Shown: positions 18,877 to 29,871, counted from the first letter of the stretch. The stretch: DNA of 64,000 nt from Angustibacter luteus (GCF_039541115.1 NZ_BAABFP010000004.1:186001-250000); one strand, 5' to 3'. Numbers and translations: made by a program. The notes: generated from the sequence alone by a model not told the origin.

Positions 18877-19113
18877 TCAGCGAGCAGAGCTCGAGTAGGG
18901 GAGCAGCGCCATCTCGCGAGCGTTCTTGATCGCGCTGGCGAGCTGTCGCTGCTGCTGGACGGTGACACCAGTCACCCGGCGCGCGCGGATCTTGCCGCGG
19001 TCCGAGATGAACTTGCGCAGGAGCGCAGTGTCCTTGTAGTCGATGTACTCGACCTTCGCCGCCTTCAGCGGGTTGGCCTTCTTCTTCGGCTTGCGCACAA
19101 CGGGCTTTGCCAT
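18877..19113 (-). CDS. rpsR: 30S ribosomal protein S18 (Cys-free form)
   Basis: [39 protein letters not shown]. Confidence 0.97.
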   Translation of the reverse strand: MAKPVVRKPKKKANPLKAAKVEYIDYKDTALLRKFISDRGKIRARRVTGVTVQQQRQLASAIKNAREMALLPYSSSAR

Positions 19114-19229
19114 CGTGGAGCTCCCCTTTCGTGGAGCCCGGACCGCGTGCGATGTCGGTCCGGGATGGTCGGTTCGGATCTGTCAGGTACCCGGTCTGAC
19201 CGGGCCAATCACGTGCTCGTCCTCGAGGA

Positions 19230-19844
19230 TCAGAACGGCGGGTCGTCGTTGAAGCCGCCGCCGGAGTTGCCGCCCCCACCGGAGCCACCACCCCAGCCAC
19301 CCTGGCCACCGGCGGCAGCGCCACCGGAGGAGGAGCCACCGGACGGGCCGGTCGCCCACGGGTCGTCAGCCGGCTGGCCGCCACCCTGGCCGCCACCGGA
19401 GCCACCGCTCCAGCCACCGCCGGAGCTGCCGCCCTGGCCGCCGCCACCCTGGTTGCCGCCGAACCCGCCACCGCCGCCGCGCTGGGCCTTGGTGACCTTG
19501 GCGGTTGCGCGACGCAGCGTCGGGCCGATCTCGTCCACCTGCATCTCGACCACGGTGCGCTTCTCGCCCTCCTTGGTCTCGTAGCTGCGGGACTGCAGCC
19601 GACCCTGGGCGATCACCGCGGTGCCGCGGGTGAGCGACTCGGCGACGTTCTCGGCCGCCTCACGCCACACGGAGCACCGCATGAACAGCGTCTCGCCGTC
19701 CTTCCACTCGTTCGACTGGCGGTCGAACGTGCGGGGCGTCGACGCGATCGTGAAGTTCGCGACGGCCGCACCGGAGGGGGTGAAGCGCAGCTCGGGATCG
19801 CCGGTGAGGTTCCCGACGATCGTGATGATGGTGTCGCCTGCCAT
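19230..19844 (-). CDS. ssb: Single-stranded DNA-binding protein
   Basis: [25 protein letters not shown], Gly-rich linker, acidic tip DDPPF. Confidence 0.97.
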   Translation of the reverse strand: MAGDTIITIVGNLTGDPELRFTPSGAAVANFTIASTPRTFDRQSNEWKDGETLFMRCSVWREAAENVAESLTRGTAVIAQGRLQSRSYETKEGEKRTVVEMQVDEIGPTLRRATAKVTKAQRGGGGGFGGNQGGGGQGGSSGGGWSGGSGGGQGGGQPADDPWATGPSGGSSSGGAAAGGQGGWGGGSGGGGNSGGGFNDDPPF

Positions 19845-19894
19845 GGCCTGCCCTTCGAAACTGCGGGGGTGGGGTGTGGTCCGTCAGGGACGGA

Positions 19895-20185
19895 TCAGCG
19901 GATCTCGGGACGGATGAGCTTGGTGCGCAGCACGGACTCGTTGAGCCCCAGCTGGCGGTCGAGCTCCTGCGCGAGGGCCGGCTCGGCGGTCATGTCGACC
20001 ACCGCGTAGATGCCCTCGGACTTCTTGTTGATGTCGTACGCGAGGCGACGACGTCCCCAGACGTCGACGTTCTCGACGCTGCCGCCACCCTTGCGGATGA
20101 CGTTGAGGAACTTGTCGAGGCTCGGCGCGATGGTGCGCTCCTCGAGATCGGGGTCGAGGATCACCATGAGCTCGTAGTGACGCAT
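19895..20185 (-). CDS. rpsF: 30S ribosomal protein S6
   Basis: [33 protein letters not shown]. Confidence 0.97.
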   Translation of the reverse strand: MRHYELMVILDPDLEERTIAPSLDKFLNVIRKGGGSVENVDVWGRRRLAYDINKKSEGIYAVVDMTAEPALAQELDRQLGLNESVLRTKLIRPEIR

Positions 20186-20190
20186 GCGTT

Positions 20191-20243
20191 AACCCACCTC
20201 CTCTGGACTCAAGCGGTCACGGTCTCTCCGTGACAGGAGGGTT
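20191..20243 (-). promoter_or_regulatory. S6:S18-binding ribosomal-protein leader RNA
   Basis: Minus strand ACCCTCCT-GTCACGG-AGAGA-CCGTGAC-CGC..AGGAGGTGGGT: anti-SD pairing, inner hairpin and CCG next to the rpsF SD. Confidence 0.7.
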
Positions 20244-20307
20244 GATACGTCGTGCGTCGCGGCACCCGGCTGACCGGATCCACCGGCCTGGGCCCACGAC
20301 GACGGGG

Positions 20308-21915
20308 TCAAGGATACCGGCTGGGTGGCGCGGCGAGCGAATCGTCGTCCACAGGGCTCGGGACGTCCGTTTCGTCAGCCTCGGCCTCGGCCCCGGGCTG
20401 CGCCTCGAAGTCGTCCTCGAAGTCGTCCTTGAGGTCGTCGCCGAGGTCGTCGGACTCGTCACCGAACCGGACGACGACCGCGTCGTCCGCACCGTCGAAC
20501 GGACCGCCCAGCGGATCGTCGTCCCCGAGCCGCCGGACGACGTCCAGCTCCGGACGACGGGCGTCCCGCACCACCATCGCGACCAGCCAGAGCAGGCCCG
20601 CGACCCGGACGACGACGAGCAGCGAGTACCAGGACCCCGGTAGGCCCCGGTTCGCCGAGGTCTGGCTGGCCAGGTACAGCCAGACCCCCATGAAGTACGT
20701 CGCCTCGCAGCCTGCCCAGATCAGGTGGTCGCGCCAGCGCGGCCGGGCCAGTGCCGCCAGCGGCAGCAGCCACAGGGACGCCTGGACCGGCCAGGCCTTG
20801 CCGGTGATCACGACGACCGCCAGCACGACGAAGGCCACCTGGGCCACGCGTGGCCGGCGCTCGGCACCCAGGGTCATGAGGAACCCGACGGCGGCGGCCA
20901 GCACGATGCCCAACAGGGCCAGCGTCGTCACGGTGCCCGGGTCCAGCCGGGTCGCGTCCAGGCCCAGCTTGGTGGTCCAGCGCGGTTTGGGGTCCGACGG
21001 CAGCGACAGCGGCAGCAGCCACAACGACCCGTAGCTCGCCCCGCTGTTCCACCAGGAGCGGTAGGCCACCTTCACGGCGTCCGCGTTGACCACCAGGAAG
21101 GGGAGGAACACGGCCACGACCGTGACCAGGGCAGCGACCGCGGTGGTCAGCCACTCCCGCCACCGACCGGCCCGGAGCGCGACCAGCGCGAGCGCCAGCA
21201 GCAGGACGACGGGGTAGCTGCGCGCCGTGATCGCCAGGCCGAGCAGCACCCCGGCGAGCAGGGGTCTCGAGCGCCCCCAGGCGAGCAGGGCGGCCGCGGC
21301 GAGCGTGATGCCGAGCAGGTCGAACGAGACGAGGGCGGACAGCGCCAGCAGTGGGCTGAGGGCGACGAGCGAGGCGTCCCAGGGTCTGCGTCGTCCGGTG
21401 CTGGCGACGGTGAGCAGCACCAACGAGATCAGGAGGACGGCGATCACGCCGGTGGACAGGTCGAAGTACCAGCGGTCGCGCTCGATCGCCGGCCCGTGCG
21501 GGGTGAGCGTGCCGACCGCCCAGGTCAGCAGGCCGGTCAGCGGCGGTTGGGCGAGGCCCGTCGCCCCCGGCGAGTGCCCGTAGGGCATGACGCCCTGGGC
21601 GATGCCGCTGGTCTCGTAGAGCAGGGGCAGGTCGCTGTAGCAGCCGTGGAAGAACTGGTCGGGCGTGGTCCAGCCCTGCTCGCGGCAGTGCTGCTTCTCG
21701 ACGACGCCGACGAACAGCACGAGCATGGCGAGCACGACCAGGACGCGGGCCGCCGTCCACCAGCCGCTCCGGCCGCCGCGCACGCGGTCGCCGGACGGGC
21801 CGCCGATCACCGGCGAGAAGCGCCGTACGGTCGGGTCCTCGCGGGACGGCGCGACGATCACGCCGACGTCGTCGGTCCCGGACGGCGCGGTGCTGGCCTC
21901 GAGGGCGGTGTCCAC
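20308..21915 (-). CDS. GT87/DUF2029 membrane glycosyltransferase
   Basis: HGCYSDLPLLY, many TM helices, ASLWLLPLAALARPRWRD, DDPLGGPFDG; conserved position between ponA and rpsF. Confidence 0.85.
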   Translation of the reverse strand: MDTALEASTAPSGTDDVGVIVAPSREDPTVRRFSPVIGGPSGDRVRGGRSGWWTAARVLVVLAMLVLFVGVVEKQHCREQGWTTPDQFFHGCYSDLPLLYETSGIAQGVMPYGHSPGATGLAQPPLTGLLTWAVGTLTPHGPAIERDRWYFDLSTGVIAVLLISLVLLTVASTGRRRPWDASLVALSPLLALSALVSFDLLGITLAAAALLAWGRSRPLLAGVLLGLAITARSYPVVLLLALALVALRAGRWREWLTTAVAALVTVVAVFLPFLVVNADAVKVAYRSWWNSGASYGSLWLLPLSLPSDPKPRWTTKLGLDATRLDPGTVTTLALLGIVLAAAVGFLMTLGAERRPRVAQVAFVVLAVVVITGKAWPVQASLWLLPLAALARPRWRDHLIWAGCEATYFMGVWLYLASQTSANRGLPGSWYSLLVVVRVAGLLWLVAMVVRDARRPELDVVRRLGDDDPLGGPFDGADDAVVVRFGDESDDLGDDLKDDFEDDFEAQPGAEAEADETDVPSPVDDDSLAAPPSRYP

Positions 21916-21934
21916 CGGGCGATCATGCCTTACC

Positions 21935-24082
21935 TCAGCCGCCGGAGCCGTTCTTTGCGTCCTGCCCGTTGCCGGTCGGGGTGGCGGTGCCGGTCGGCGT
22001 CGGCGGGGTCGTCGGCAGCGTCGGCAGGCTCGGGGTGTCCGAGGGCGTCGGGGTGCTGGGCGCGGTGACCGTGGGGGTCGGCTTCTGGGTTGCGGTCGCT
22101 GTCGGCGTGGAGGTCTGCGTCGGGGTGGCAGTCGCCGTCGCGGTGGGGGTGTTGCTCTTGCCGCCGTAGACCGGCTCCGGGAACTGCTCGACCTTCATGC
22201 CTTCGGTGGCGCCCTTCATGAACGCCGTCCAGATGTGCAGCGGGAAGGACGCACCTTGGACGTTGTTGTTGCCGCCCAGGCCGTTGAGCGAGAGCTGGAC
22301 GACCCGGCCCTCCTTGTCCTTGCCGTTGCGGTAGAGACCGACAGCGGTGGCCAGCTGAGGCGTGTACCCGGCGAACCAGGCGGACTTGGCGTCCTGCGCG
22401 GTCCCGGTCTTGCCCGCCAGGGGACGGTCGATCTGGCTGGCCGCGAAGCTGCCCGTCCCGTGCTTGACCACGTTCTGGAGGGCGTAGGTGAGGTCGGCCA
22501 TGGGGCCGCTCTCGAAGGCGCGGTTCGGCTTCACCTTCACCTTGTAGACCTGCTCGCCGGTGGCGAGGGTGACGCTCTTGACCATGTAGGACGTCGCGTG
22601 CATGCCCTGCGCGGCGAACGTGGCGTACGAGGTGGCCACGTCGATCACGCGCGGCGAGGCGGTACCCAGCACGTTGGCGAAGTTGGTACCGAGGTCGGTG
22701 GTGCCCTCCGGGTACCCGGCGGCGATGGCGGCGTCCCGGGACTTGTCGGGGCCGACCTGCTCGTTGAGCTGGGCGTAGATGGTGTTCACCGAGTGCTCGG
22801 TGGCGAAGATGAGGTCGTGCGTGCCGCCCTCGCCGGCGCTGAAGTTGCTCACCTTCCACGGCTTGCTCTCGCCGGGGATCTTGATCTCCTTCGGTGAGTC
22901 GCCGTTGAACGTCGACTTCAAGGAGACGCCGTCCTCCAGCGCTGCGGCCAGCGTGAACGGCTTGAACGTCGAGCCGGCCTGCATGGTGTCCTGGGTGGCC
23001 GCGTTGCGCTGCCGCTTGACCGCGTCCGCGCCGCCGTACATCGCCACCACCGCACCGTCACCGGGCTTCACGGCGACCAGCCCGACGCCGACGCCCTTGG
23101 TGCCGTTCTTGGGCATCTCGTCCCTGACGGCCTTGACCGCCTGGGCCTGGGCCTTGCGGTCGAACGTGCTCACGATCCGCAGGCCACCACCGTCGATGTC
23201 GGCGTCGGACAGCCCGCCCTTGCTGACCACCTCGCTGCGCACCGCGTTGAGCAGGTAGCCGTTGGTGCCGCCGAAGCGGTTGTCGGTCGAGCGCTTGGCG
23301 ATCTTGGGGAACTTCACCGCGTCGGACTGGGCCTGGGTGGCCCAGCCCTCCTTGACCATCCCGCTGAGCACGTAGTCCATCCGCGCCTGGGCGTTGTCCT
23401 TGTGCGTCACCGGGTCGTACAGGCCCGGCGAGCGGACGATCGAGGCGAGCAGGGCGCTCTGGCTCAACGTCAGCTTGCTGACGTCGACGCCGAAGTAGGC
23501 GCGGCTGGCCGCCTGGACCCCGTAGGCGCCGCGGCCGAAGTAGATCGTGTTGAGGTAGTTCTCCAGGATCTTGTCCTTGGACTCGTTCTTCTCGATCTTC
23601 AGCGCGATGACCAGCTCTTTGGCCTTGCGGGTCGGCGAGCGGTCAGCGGTCAGGAAGTAGTTCTTGACGTACTGCTGGGTGATCGTCGAGCCACCCTGGG
23701 TGGAGCCACCACGGACCTTGACCCACACGGCGCGTCCGTAGCCCTTGGGCGAGAAGCCCTTGTTCTCGTAGAAGCTGCGGTCCTCGGCCGACAGCACGGC
23801 CTTCTGCAGTGACTCGGGCATCTGCGACAGCGGCACCGACTCGCGGTTCACCTCACCGAAGCGGCCGAGCTCGGTCTTGCCGTCCGACCAGTACACGACG
23901 GACGAGTTCTGCAGGACCTGCTTGTTCGGGTCCGGCACCGAGACCGAGTGGTAGAGGACCGCGAAGCCGATCACCAGCAGCAGGAAGCATGCAGCGCCCG
24001 TGCCGAGCACCAGCCGCCACGACGGGATGAACCGTCGCCAGCCGGACTTCAGGGCGCGGGGGTAGTCCACGATGCGTCGCAC
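21935..24082 (-). CDS. Class A penicillin-binding protein (PBP1A/PonA)
   Basis: Transglycosylase AEDRSFY, QGGSTITQQYVKN, YLNTIYFGRGAYG; transpeptidase STFK, SVN, KTG; Pro/Thr tail. Confidence 0.93.
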   Translation of the reverse strand: MRRIVDYPRALKSGWRRFIPSWRLVLGTGAACFLLLVIGFAVLYHSVSVPDPNKQVLQNSSVVYWSDGKTELGRFGEVNRESVPLSQMPESLQKAVLSAEDRSFYENKGFSPKGYGRAVWVKVRGGSTQGGSTITQQYVKNYFLTADRSPTRKAKELVIALKIEKNESKDKILENYLNTIYFGRGAYGVQAASRAYFGVDVSKLTLSQSALLASIVRSPGLYDPVTHKDNAQARMDYVLSGMVKEGWATQAQSDAVKFPKIAKRSTDNRFGGTNGYLLNAVRSEVVSKGGLSDADIDGGGLRIVSTFDRKAQAQAVKAVRDEMPKNGTKGVGVGLVAVKPGDGAVVAMYGGADAVKRQRNAATQDTMQAGSTFKPFTLAAALEDGVSLKSTFNGDSPKEIKIPGESKPWKVSNFSAGEGGTHDLIFATEHSVNTIYAQLNEQVGPDKSRDAAIAAGYPEGTTDLGTNFANVLGTASPRVIDVATSYATFAAQGMHATSYMVKSVTLATGEQVYKVKVKPNRAFESGPMADLTYALQNVVKHGTGSFAASQIDRPLAGKTGTAQDAKSAWFAGYTPQLATAVGLYRNGKDKEGRVVQLSLNGLGGNNNVQGASFPLHIWTAFMKGATEGMKVEQFPEPVYGGKSNTPTATATATPTQTSTPTATATQKPTPTVTAPSTPTPSDTPSLPTLPTTPPTPTGTATPTGNGQDAKNGSGG

Positions 24083-24310
24083 GAGGCGTCGTTCTCCAAC
24101 CGGTCAGGGGCAGGCAGGCTCGGCGTCCGGTGTCCGGACACGATGTCCAGTATGGGTGGGACGACGCCTCGGATCCCAACCGAGAAGGCCGTCTTCACGG
24201 CGTCCTCACGAGATCCACGCGCGAACTGCCGGTGCGGTTGACCTGCGGTTCTTCTCGTGTGACCGGGCGCACACCAGCGGGCCGCACTTGCATCGTCCGG
24301 GGCCGTGACC

Positions 24311-24340
24311 TACAGTCCGACATATCGCAGCGATACATCG
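24311..24340 (+). promoter_or_regulatory. -10 element plus palindromic operator upstream of padR-ino1
   Basis: TACAGT 24311-24316, then CGACATATCG-CAG-CGATACATCG (8/10 inverted repeat). Confidence 0.6.
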
Positions 24341-24377
24341 CGGCGTTGTGTCGAAACCGAGAACCGAGGGGTGCAGC

Positions 24378-24932
24378 GTGGCCAAGCGTGCCGACGTCCT
24401 CGATCTCGCCGTGCTCGGTCTCCTGCACGACAGCCCCCTGCACGGGTACGAGCTGCGCAAGCGGCTCGCCACCGTACTGGGTCCGTTCCGGGTGCTCAGC
24501 TACGGCACGTTGTACCCCTGTCTCAAACACCTGTCCGAGCAGGGCTGGATCACCAGCTCGGACGTCGCCCCCGGAGCGGGACGGCGCGCGCGCATCGTCT
24601 ACGAGCTCACCGCGGCGGGCAAGGAGCACTTCGACGCCCTGGTCGACGAGTCCGGCCCCGCGAGCTGGGAGGACGAGAGCTTCGGCGTCCGGTTCGCCTT
24701 CTTCGCCCGCACGCCCACCGAGGTGCGGCTGCGGATCCTCGAAGGCCGGCGCAGCCGCCTCGAGGAGCGCCTCGACTCGATCTCGACCTCGGTCGCCCGC
24801 AGCCGCGAGCGCGCCGACCAGTACACGCTCGAGCTGCAGCGGCACGGGCTCGAGTCGGTCCAGCGCGAGGTGCGCTGGCTGAACGAGCTCATCTCCCACG
24901 AGCGGGGCGAGACCCCGCCGCGGGACACCTGA
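24378..24932 (+). CDS. PadR-family transcriptional regulator
   Basis: [38 protein letters not shown]; upstream of ino1. Confidence 0.92.
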   Translation: MAKRADVLDLAVLGLLHDSPLHGYELRKRLATVLGPFRVLSYGTLYPCLKHLSEQGWITSSDVAPGAGRRARIVYELTAAGKEHFDALVDESGPASWEDESFGVRFAFFARTPTEVRLRILEGRRSRLEERLDSISTSVARSRERADQYTLELQRHGLESVQREVRWLNELISHERGETPPRDT

Positions 24933-25006
24933 ACCGCACCACCCGCACGAACCCAGCACCATCACCTGTCAGAGCACCACCGATCAACCACATGAAGGAG
25001 CACCGA

Positions 25007-26086
25007 ATGGCATCCGTTCGCGTAGCCATCGTCGGCGCCGGCAACTGCGCCGCGTCGCTCGTCCAGGGCGTGCACTACTACCGGGACGCCGACGCCAGTG
25101 GCAGCGTGCCGGGCCTGATGCACGTCATGTTCGGCGACTACCACGTCCGCGACATCGAGTTCGTCGCCGCGTTCGACGTCGACGCCAAGAAGGTCGGCTT
25201 CGACCTGTCCGAGGCGCTCGTGTCCAGCGAGAACAACACGATCAAGTTCTGCGACGTCCCGCCGCTCGGTGTGTCCGTGCAGCGTGGCCCGACCATGGAC
25301 GGCCTCGGCAAGTACTACCTCGAGACCATCGAGCAGTCGGACGCCGAGCCCGTCGACGTCGTCCAGGCCCTCAAGGACTCCGGCGCCGACGTGCTGGTCT
25401 CCTACCTGCCGGTCGGCTCCGAGCTGGCCGACAAGTTCTACGCGCAGTGCGCGATCGACGCGGGCGTCGCCTTCGTCAACGCCCTGCCCGTCTTCATCGC
25501 CTCCGACCCCGAGTGGGCGAAGAAGTTCGAGGACGCCGGCGTCCCGATCATCGGTGACGACATCAAGTCCCAGGTCGGCGCGACGATCACCCACCGCGTC
25601 ATGGCCAAGCTGTTCCAGGACCGCGGCGTCGTGCTGGACCGCACGTACCAGCTGAACGTCGGCGGCAACATGGACTTCAAGAACATGCTGGAGCGCGACC
25701 GCCTCGAGTCCAAGAAGATCTCGAAGACCCAGGCCGTGACGTCGAACATCGACCACGACCTCGGTGCGAAGAACGTGCACATCGGCCCGTCGGACTACGT
25801 CCAGTGGCTGGACGACCGCAAGTGGGCGTACGTGCGCCTCGAGGGCCGCGCGTTCGGCGACGTCCCGCTGAACCTCGAGTACAAGCTCGAGGTCTGGGAC
25901 TCCCCGAACTCGGCCGGCATCATCATCGACGCCATCCGTGCGGCGAAGATCGCCAAGGACCGCGGCATCGGCGGCGCGCTGCTGTCGGCGTCGTCGTACC
26001 TGATGAAGTCCCCGCCCGTGCAGCGCCCGGACGACGAGGGCCGCGCGAGCGTCGAGGCCTTCATCCGCGGCGAGGTCGAGCGCTGA
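25007..26086 (+). CDS. ino1: Myo-inositol-1-phosphate synthase
   Basis: [68 protein letters not shown]. Confidence 0.96.
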   Translation: MASVRVAIVGAGNCAASLVQGVHYYRDADASGSVPGLMHVMFGDYHVRDIEFVAAFDVDAKKVGFDLSEALVSSENNTIKFCDVPPLGVSVQRGPTMDGLGKYYLETIEQSDAEPVDVVQALKDSGADVLVSYLPVGSELADKFYAQCAIDAGVAFVNALPVFIASDPEWAKKFEDAGVPIIGDDIKSQVGATITHRVMAKLFQDRGVVLDRTYQLNVGGNMDFKNMLERDRLESKKISKTQAVTSNIDHDLGAKNVHIGPSDYVQWLDDRKWAYVRLEGRAFGDVPLNLEYKLEVWDSPNSAGIIIDAIRAAKIAKDRGIGGALLSASSYLMKSPPVQRPDDEGRASVEAFIRGEVER

Positions 26087-26117
26087 CCTTCGGTTGACGC
26101 GACTGGTTCGCTGACAC

Positions 26118-26163
26118 CAGAGAAGTGGGGCACCCGAGATGGTTCGGGTGCCCCACTTCTCTG
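26118..26163 (+). terminator. Terminator hairpin after ino1
   Basis: Perfect 20-bp stem CAGAGAAGTGGGGCACCCGA / TCGGGTGCCCCACTTCTCTG. Confidence 0.8.
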
Positions 26164-26185
26164 CTCTCGCCTATACGGTCACGAC

Positions 26186-26989
26186 ATGCGCCGCCACGTC
26201 ACCGCCGAGCTCGACCTCGAGGTCGCTGCACTCGCCACCCTCGAGCTCCAGGTCGCCGTGGCCACCCGCCCCGACCTCACCCTCGACGAGCAGCTGAGCA
26301 TCACCCTCGACGGCGAGCCGCTGCCGGTGCGTGAGGTCGAGACCCAGCACGGCTCGCGGGTGCACCTGCTGGAGTCCGGGGCGGGTGCCGTCCAGGTGCG
26401 CTACCGCGCGACGATCGACGGCCGGGCACCCGCCGACCCGGCGAGCGACGTCGACGTCGTGACCGCTCGCCGTCCCAGCCGGTACGCGCACTCCGACGCG
26501 CTGCTCGGCTTCGCGCTCAAGGAGTTCGGCCCCCGCCCGGACGTCGCGACGCTGCTGCCGCACGTCGCCTCCTGGGTCGGCACCCACCTGGACTACATCC
26601 CCGGCAGCAGCCGAGGCACGGACGGCGCGACCCAGACGCTGCTCGCCGGCGCCGGCGTCTGCCGCGACTACGCGCACCTGGTGATCGCGCTGCTGCGCGC
26701 GCTCGACGTCCCGGCCCGGCTGGCCGCCGTCTACGCGCCCGGGCTGGCGCCCATGGACTTCCACGCCGTCGCCGAGGCCGTGGTGGACGGGCGCTGGCGG
26801 GTCGTCGACGCCACCTGCCTCGCCCCCCGCTCGACCCTGCTGCGAATCAGCACCGGCCGGGACGCCGCGGACACCGCCTTCCTCACCACCTACGGCGGGG
26901 ACGTCCTGCTGAGCAGGGTCGAGGTCAGTGCGGTGGTCGACGGCGAGCTGCCGACGGACGACGTCCGGGCCCTGGTCTCCCTGGGCTGA
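26186..26989 (+). CDS. Transglutaminase-like protein
   Basis: RPSRYA.SD, GVCRDYAHL, MDFHAVAE, VVDAT, TGRDAADTAF (Cys-His-Asp triad). Confidence 0.9.
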   Translation: MRRHVTAELDLEVAALATLELQVAVATRPDLTLDEQLSITLDGEPLPVREVETQHGSRVHLLESGAGAVQVRYRATIDGRAPADPASDVDVVTARRPSRYAHSDALLGFALKEFGPRPDVATLLPHVASWVGTHLDYIPGSSRGTDGATQTLLAGAGVCRDYAHLVIALLRALDVPARLAAVYAPGLAPMDFHAVAEAVVDGRWRVVDATCLAPRSTLLRISTGRDAADTAFLTTYGGDVLLSRVEVSAVVDGELPTDDVRALVSLG

Positions 26990-27020
26990 GGCCGCGTCGG
27001 CGCCGACATACAGTGAGGGC

Positions 27021-28301
27021 GTGCCCTTCGTCGCGGACCTGCGCACCGTCCTGCGCGGCCGGGACTTCCGCCGGCTGTTCGCGGTGCGGCTCAGCTCCCA
27101 GGCCACGGACGGCATCTTCCAGGTGGCGCTGGCGAGCCTGGTCTTCTTCTCCCCCGAACGGTCCGCCACCCCGCGCGCAGCCGCGGGCGTGTTCGCCGTC
27201 ACCGTGCTGCCGTACACGCTGGTCGGACCGTTCGCCGGCGTCCTGCTCGACCGGTGGCGGCGGCGCCAGGTGCTGCTGTTCGCCAACGTCATCCGGGCGG
27301 CGATGGTGCTCGGTGTCGCGGGGATCCTGCTCGCGTACTCGGTCGGGCCGGCGCTGTACGTCGCGGTGCTGGCCTGCCTGTCGGTCAACCGCTTCTTCCT
27401 GACCGGGCTCGGCGCGAGCCTGCCGCACGTCGTCCCGCGGCACGAGCTCGTGATGGCCAACGCGGTGTCGCCCACCTGCGGCACCCTGGCCGTGCTCGCC
27501 GGTGGCGGGCTCGCGTACGGCGTGCGGCGACTGTTCCCGGACGGCGACCCCGGCGACGCGGCGCTGCTCGTCGTCGCCGCGCTCGGCTACCTCGCCGCCG
27601 CCGCGCTGGTCACCCGGCTCGCCGTCGACAAGCTAGGGCCGGACGCAGACGAGGCAGTCGACGTCCAGGCTCCGACCCCCGGGTGGCACGCAGTGGCCGA
27701 GGGGGCGGCGCACGTGCGGCAGCGACCGAAGGTGTTCCACGCGCTCGTCGTGGTGGGGATCAGCCGGTTCGGCTACGGCCTGACCACCATCGCGACGATC
27801 CTGTTGTGCCGCAACCACTTCAACGACCCGGCGGACGTCGACGCCGGGCTCGAGCTGCTGGCGTCGGTCTTCGCGGCATCGGCCGTCGGTTTCGCGCTCG
27901 CCGCGGTCGCGACGCCGCTGGCCAGCGAGCGCTGGGGCACGAGCGGCTGGATCTGGCGGTGCCTGCTGCTGGGCGCCGTCGCCGAGCTGCTGGTGCTGGC
28001 CCGGCTCACCGTCCCGGTCGCCCTCGTGGCCGCGGCGCTGCTGGGGTTCGCGGTGCAGGGCCTGAAGATCTGCGTCGACGCCACCGTGCAGCGCGACGTG
28101 CACGACGAGTTCCGGGGCCGGGTCTTCGCGGTCTACGACGTGGTGTTCAACGTGGCGTTCGTGGTGGCCGCCAGCTGCGCGGCGCTCGTCGTCCCGCAGG
28201 ACGGGTTCGCGCCGTCCCTCTGGCTGTTCATCGCCGTGCTGTTCACCGTGTCGGCCGCCGGGTACGGGCACGCCAGCCGCCGGCTCGCCCCCACCACCTG
28301 A
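27021..28301 (+). CDS. MFS transporter
   Basis: FRRLFAVRLSSQATDG, GPFAGVLLDRWRRR, DEFRGRVFAVYD; about 12 TM segments. Confidence 0.9.
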   Translation: MPFVADLRTVLRGRDFRRLFAVRLSSQATDGIFQVALASLVFFSPERSATPRAAAGVFAVTVLPYTLVGPFAGVLLDRWRRRQVLLFANVIRAAMVLGVAGILLAYSVGPALYVAVLACLSVNRFFLTGLGASLPHVVPRHELVMANAVSPTCGTLAVLAGGGLAYGVRRLFPDGDPGDAALLVVAALGYLAAAALVTRLAVDKLGPDADEAVDVQAPTPGWHAVAEGAAHVRQRPKVFHALVVVGISRFGYGLTTIATILLCRNHFNDPADVDAGLELLASVFAASAVGFALAAVATPLASERWGTSGWIWRCLLLGAVAELLVLARLTVPVALVAAALLGFAVQGLKICVDATVQRDVHDEFRGRVFAVYDVVFNVAFVVAASCAALVVPQDGFAPSLWLFIAVLFTVSAAGYGHASRRLAPTT

Positions 28302-28407
28302 GCGGGTCGAGGGTTACTGCCACTTCTCGAGGGTCGTTCGCCTCGAGAAGCGGGTCCACGCCCACTGAACGTGATCAACGGCGGGCCGGTCAGGGAGGGC
28401 GGGGCGG

Positions 28408-29811
28408 TCAGGGCGCGGACTCGGGCTGCTCGGCCCACCAGCGCCGGAGCTCGGCGTGGGCGGCGTCCTCGCTCAGCGGTCCCTGGTCCATCCGGACCGC
28501 CAGCAGGTGCTTGTACGCGCGCCCCACGACCGGGCCGGGGCGCAGGTCGAGCGCGGCCATGATCTGCTCGCCGTCCAGGTCGGGACGGATCGAGGCCAGC
28601 TCCTCCTGCTCCTCGAGCCGTGCGATCCGCTCCTCGAGGTCGTCGTAGGTCCGGGACAGCAGGGCGGCGCGGCGGGCGTTGCGGGTCGTCGAGTCCGAGC
28701 GGGTGAGCCGGTGCAGCCTCTGCAGCAGCGGGCCGGCGTCGTGCACGTACCGGCGCACCGCCGAGTCCGTCCACTCGCCGCCCCCGTAGCCGTGGAAGCG
28801 CAGGTGCAGCTCGACCAGCCGGGACACCTGCTTCACGGTGCTCGAGTCGAACCGCAGCGCCTTGAGCCGCTTCGCGGTGAGCTTCGCCCCGACCACCTCG
28901 TGGTGGTGGAACGACACCCCGCCGCCGGACTCGAACCGTCGGGTCGCCGGCTTGCCGATGTCGTGCAGCAGCGCCGCGAGCCGCAGCACCAGGTCCGGCC
29001 CGGGCACCACGTCGTCCTCCAGCGCGATGGCCTGGTCGAGCACGGTCAGCGAGTGCTCGTAGACGTCCTTGTGCCGGTGGTGCTCGTCGATCTCGAGCTG
29101 GAGCGCCGGCAGCTCGGGCAGGAACACGTCGGCGAGCCCGGTGTCCACCAGCAGCCGCAGGCCCACCCGCGGGTTCGGCGAGAGCAGCAGCTTGGTCAGC
29201 TCGTCGCGCACCCGCTCCGCCGACACGATCGACAGCCGGTCCGCCATCGCCGCCATCGCGGTCCGCACCTGCGGGGCGACCTCGAAGCCGAGCTGTGCGG
29301 CGAACCGGGCCGCGCGCATCATCCGCAGCGGGTCGTCGGTGAACGAGGACTCCGGCGTCCCCGGCGTGCGGAGCAGTCCCTGCGCCAGGTCGGTCAGCCC
29401 GCCGTGCGGGTCCACGAACTCCCCGGAGGGCAGGGCCAGAGCCATCGCGTTGACCGTGAAGTCCCGGCGCACCAGGTCGTCGTCCAGGCTCGTGCCGTAC
29501 GCGACGGCCGGCTTGCGGGAGTCGGCCTCGTACGCCTCGGCCCGGTACGTCGTCACCTCGACGACGTCGCCGCCGTGCCGGGCGCCGATGGTGCCGAAGG
29601 CGCGACCGACGTCCCAGGTGGCGTCCGCCCAGCCGGCCAGGACCCGCTCGGTCTGCTCCGGCGTCGCGTCGGTCGTGAAGTCCAGGTCGTTCACCCGCCG
29701 CTTCAGGATCAGGTCGCGCACCGACCCACCGACCAGGGCGAGGTCGAAGCCCGCGGCGGCGAAGCGCTCGCCGAGCGACTGGGCCACGAGGGGGATCTGG
29801 GGGCTGGACAC
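28408..29811 (-). CDS. CCA-adding tRNA nucleotidyltransferase with HD domain
   Basis: LVGGSVRD, DLDFTT, RRDFTVNAMA, DDPLRMMRAARF, VSAERVRDE, HHRHKDVYEH, LLHDIGKP. Confidence 0.93.
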   Translation of the reverse strand: MSSPQIPLVAQSLGERFAAAGFDLALVGGSVRDLILKRRVNDLDFTTDATPEQTERVLAGWADATWDVGRAFGTIGARHGGDVVEVTTYRAEAYEADSRKPAVAYGTSLDDDLVRRDFTVNAMALALPSGEFVDPHGGLTDLAQGLLRTPGTPESSFTDDPLRMMRAARFAAQLGFEVAPQVRTAMAAMADRLSIVSAERVRDELTKLLLSPNPRVGLRLLVDTGLADVFLPELPALQLEIDEHHRHKDVYEHSLTVLDQAIALEDDVVPGPDLVLRLAALLHDIGKPATRRFESGGGVSFHHHEVVGAKLTAKRLKALRFDSSTVKQVSRLVELHLRFHGYGGGEWTDSAVRRYVHDAGPLLQRLHRLTRSDSTTRNARRAALLSRTYDDLEERIARLEEQEELASIRPDLDGEQIMAALDLRPGPVVGRAYKHLLAVRMDQGPLSEDAAHAELRRWWAEQPESAP

Positions 29812-29871
29812 GTTGGCCAAGCCTAGGCCAGGCGGATCGGTCCGCCGTGCTCCGCTCGTTAGAGTGACGAC

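Noticed and set aside
24305..25006. Apparent long N-terminal extension of ino1
   Set aside because: Overlaps padR out of frame; the real start with SD is ATG 25007. The same applies to track extensions of sigM, DUF6049, the CCA enzyme, rplI and dnaA
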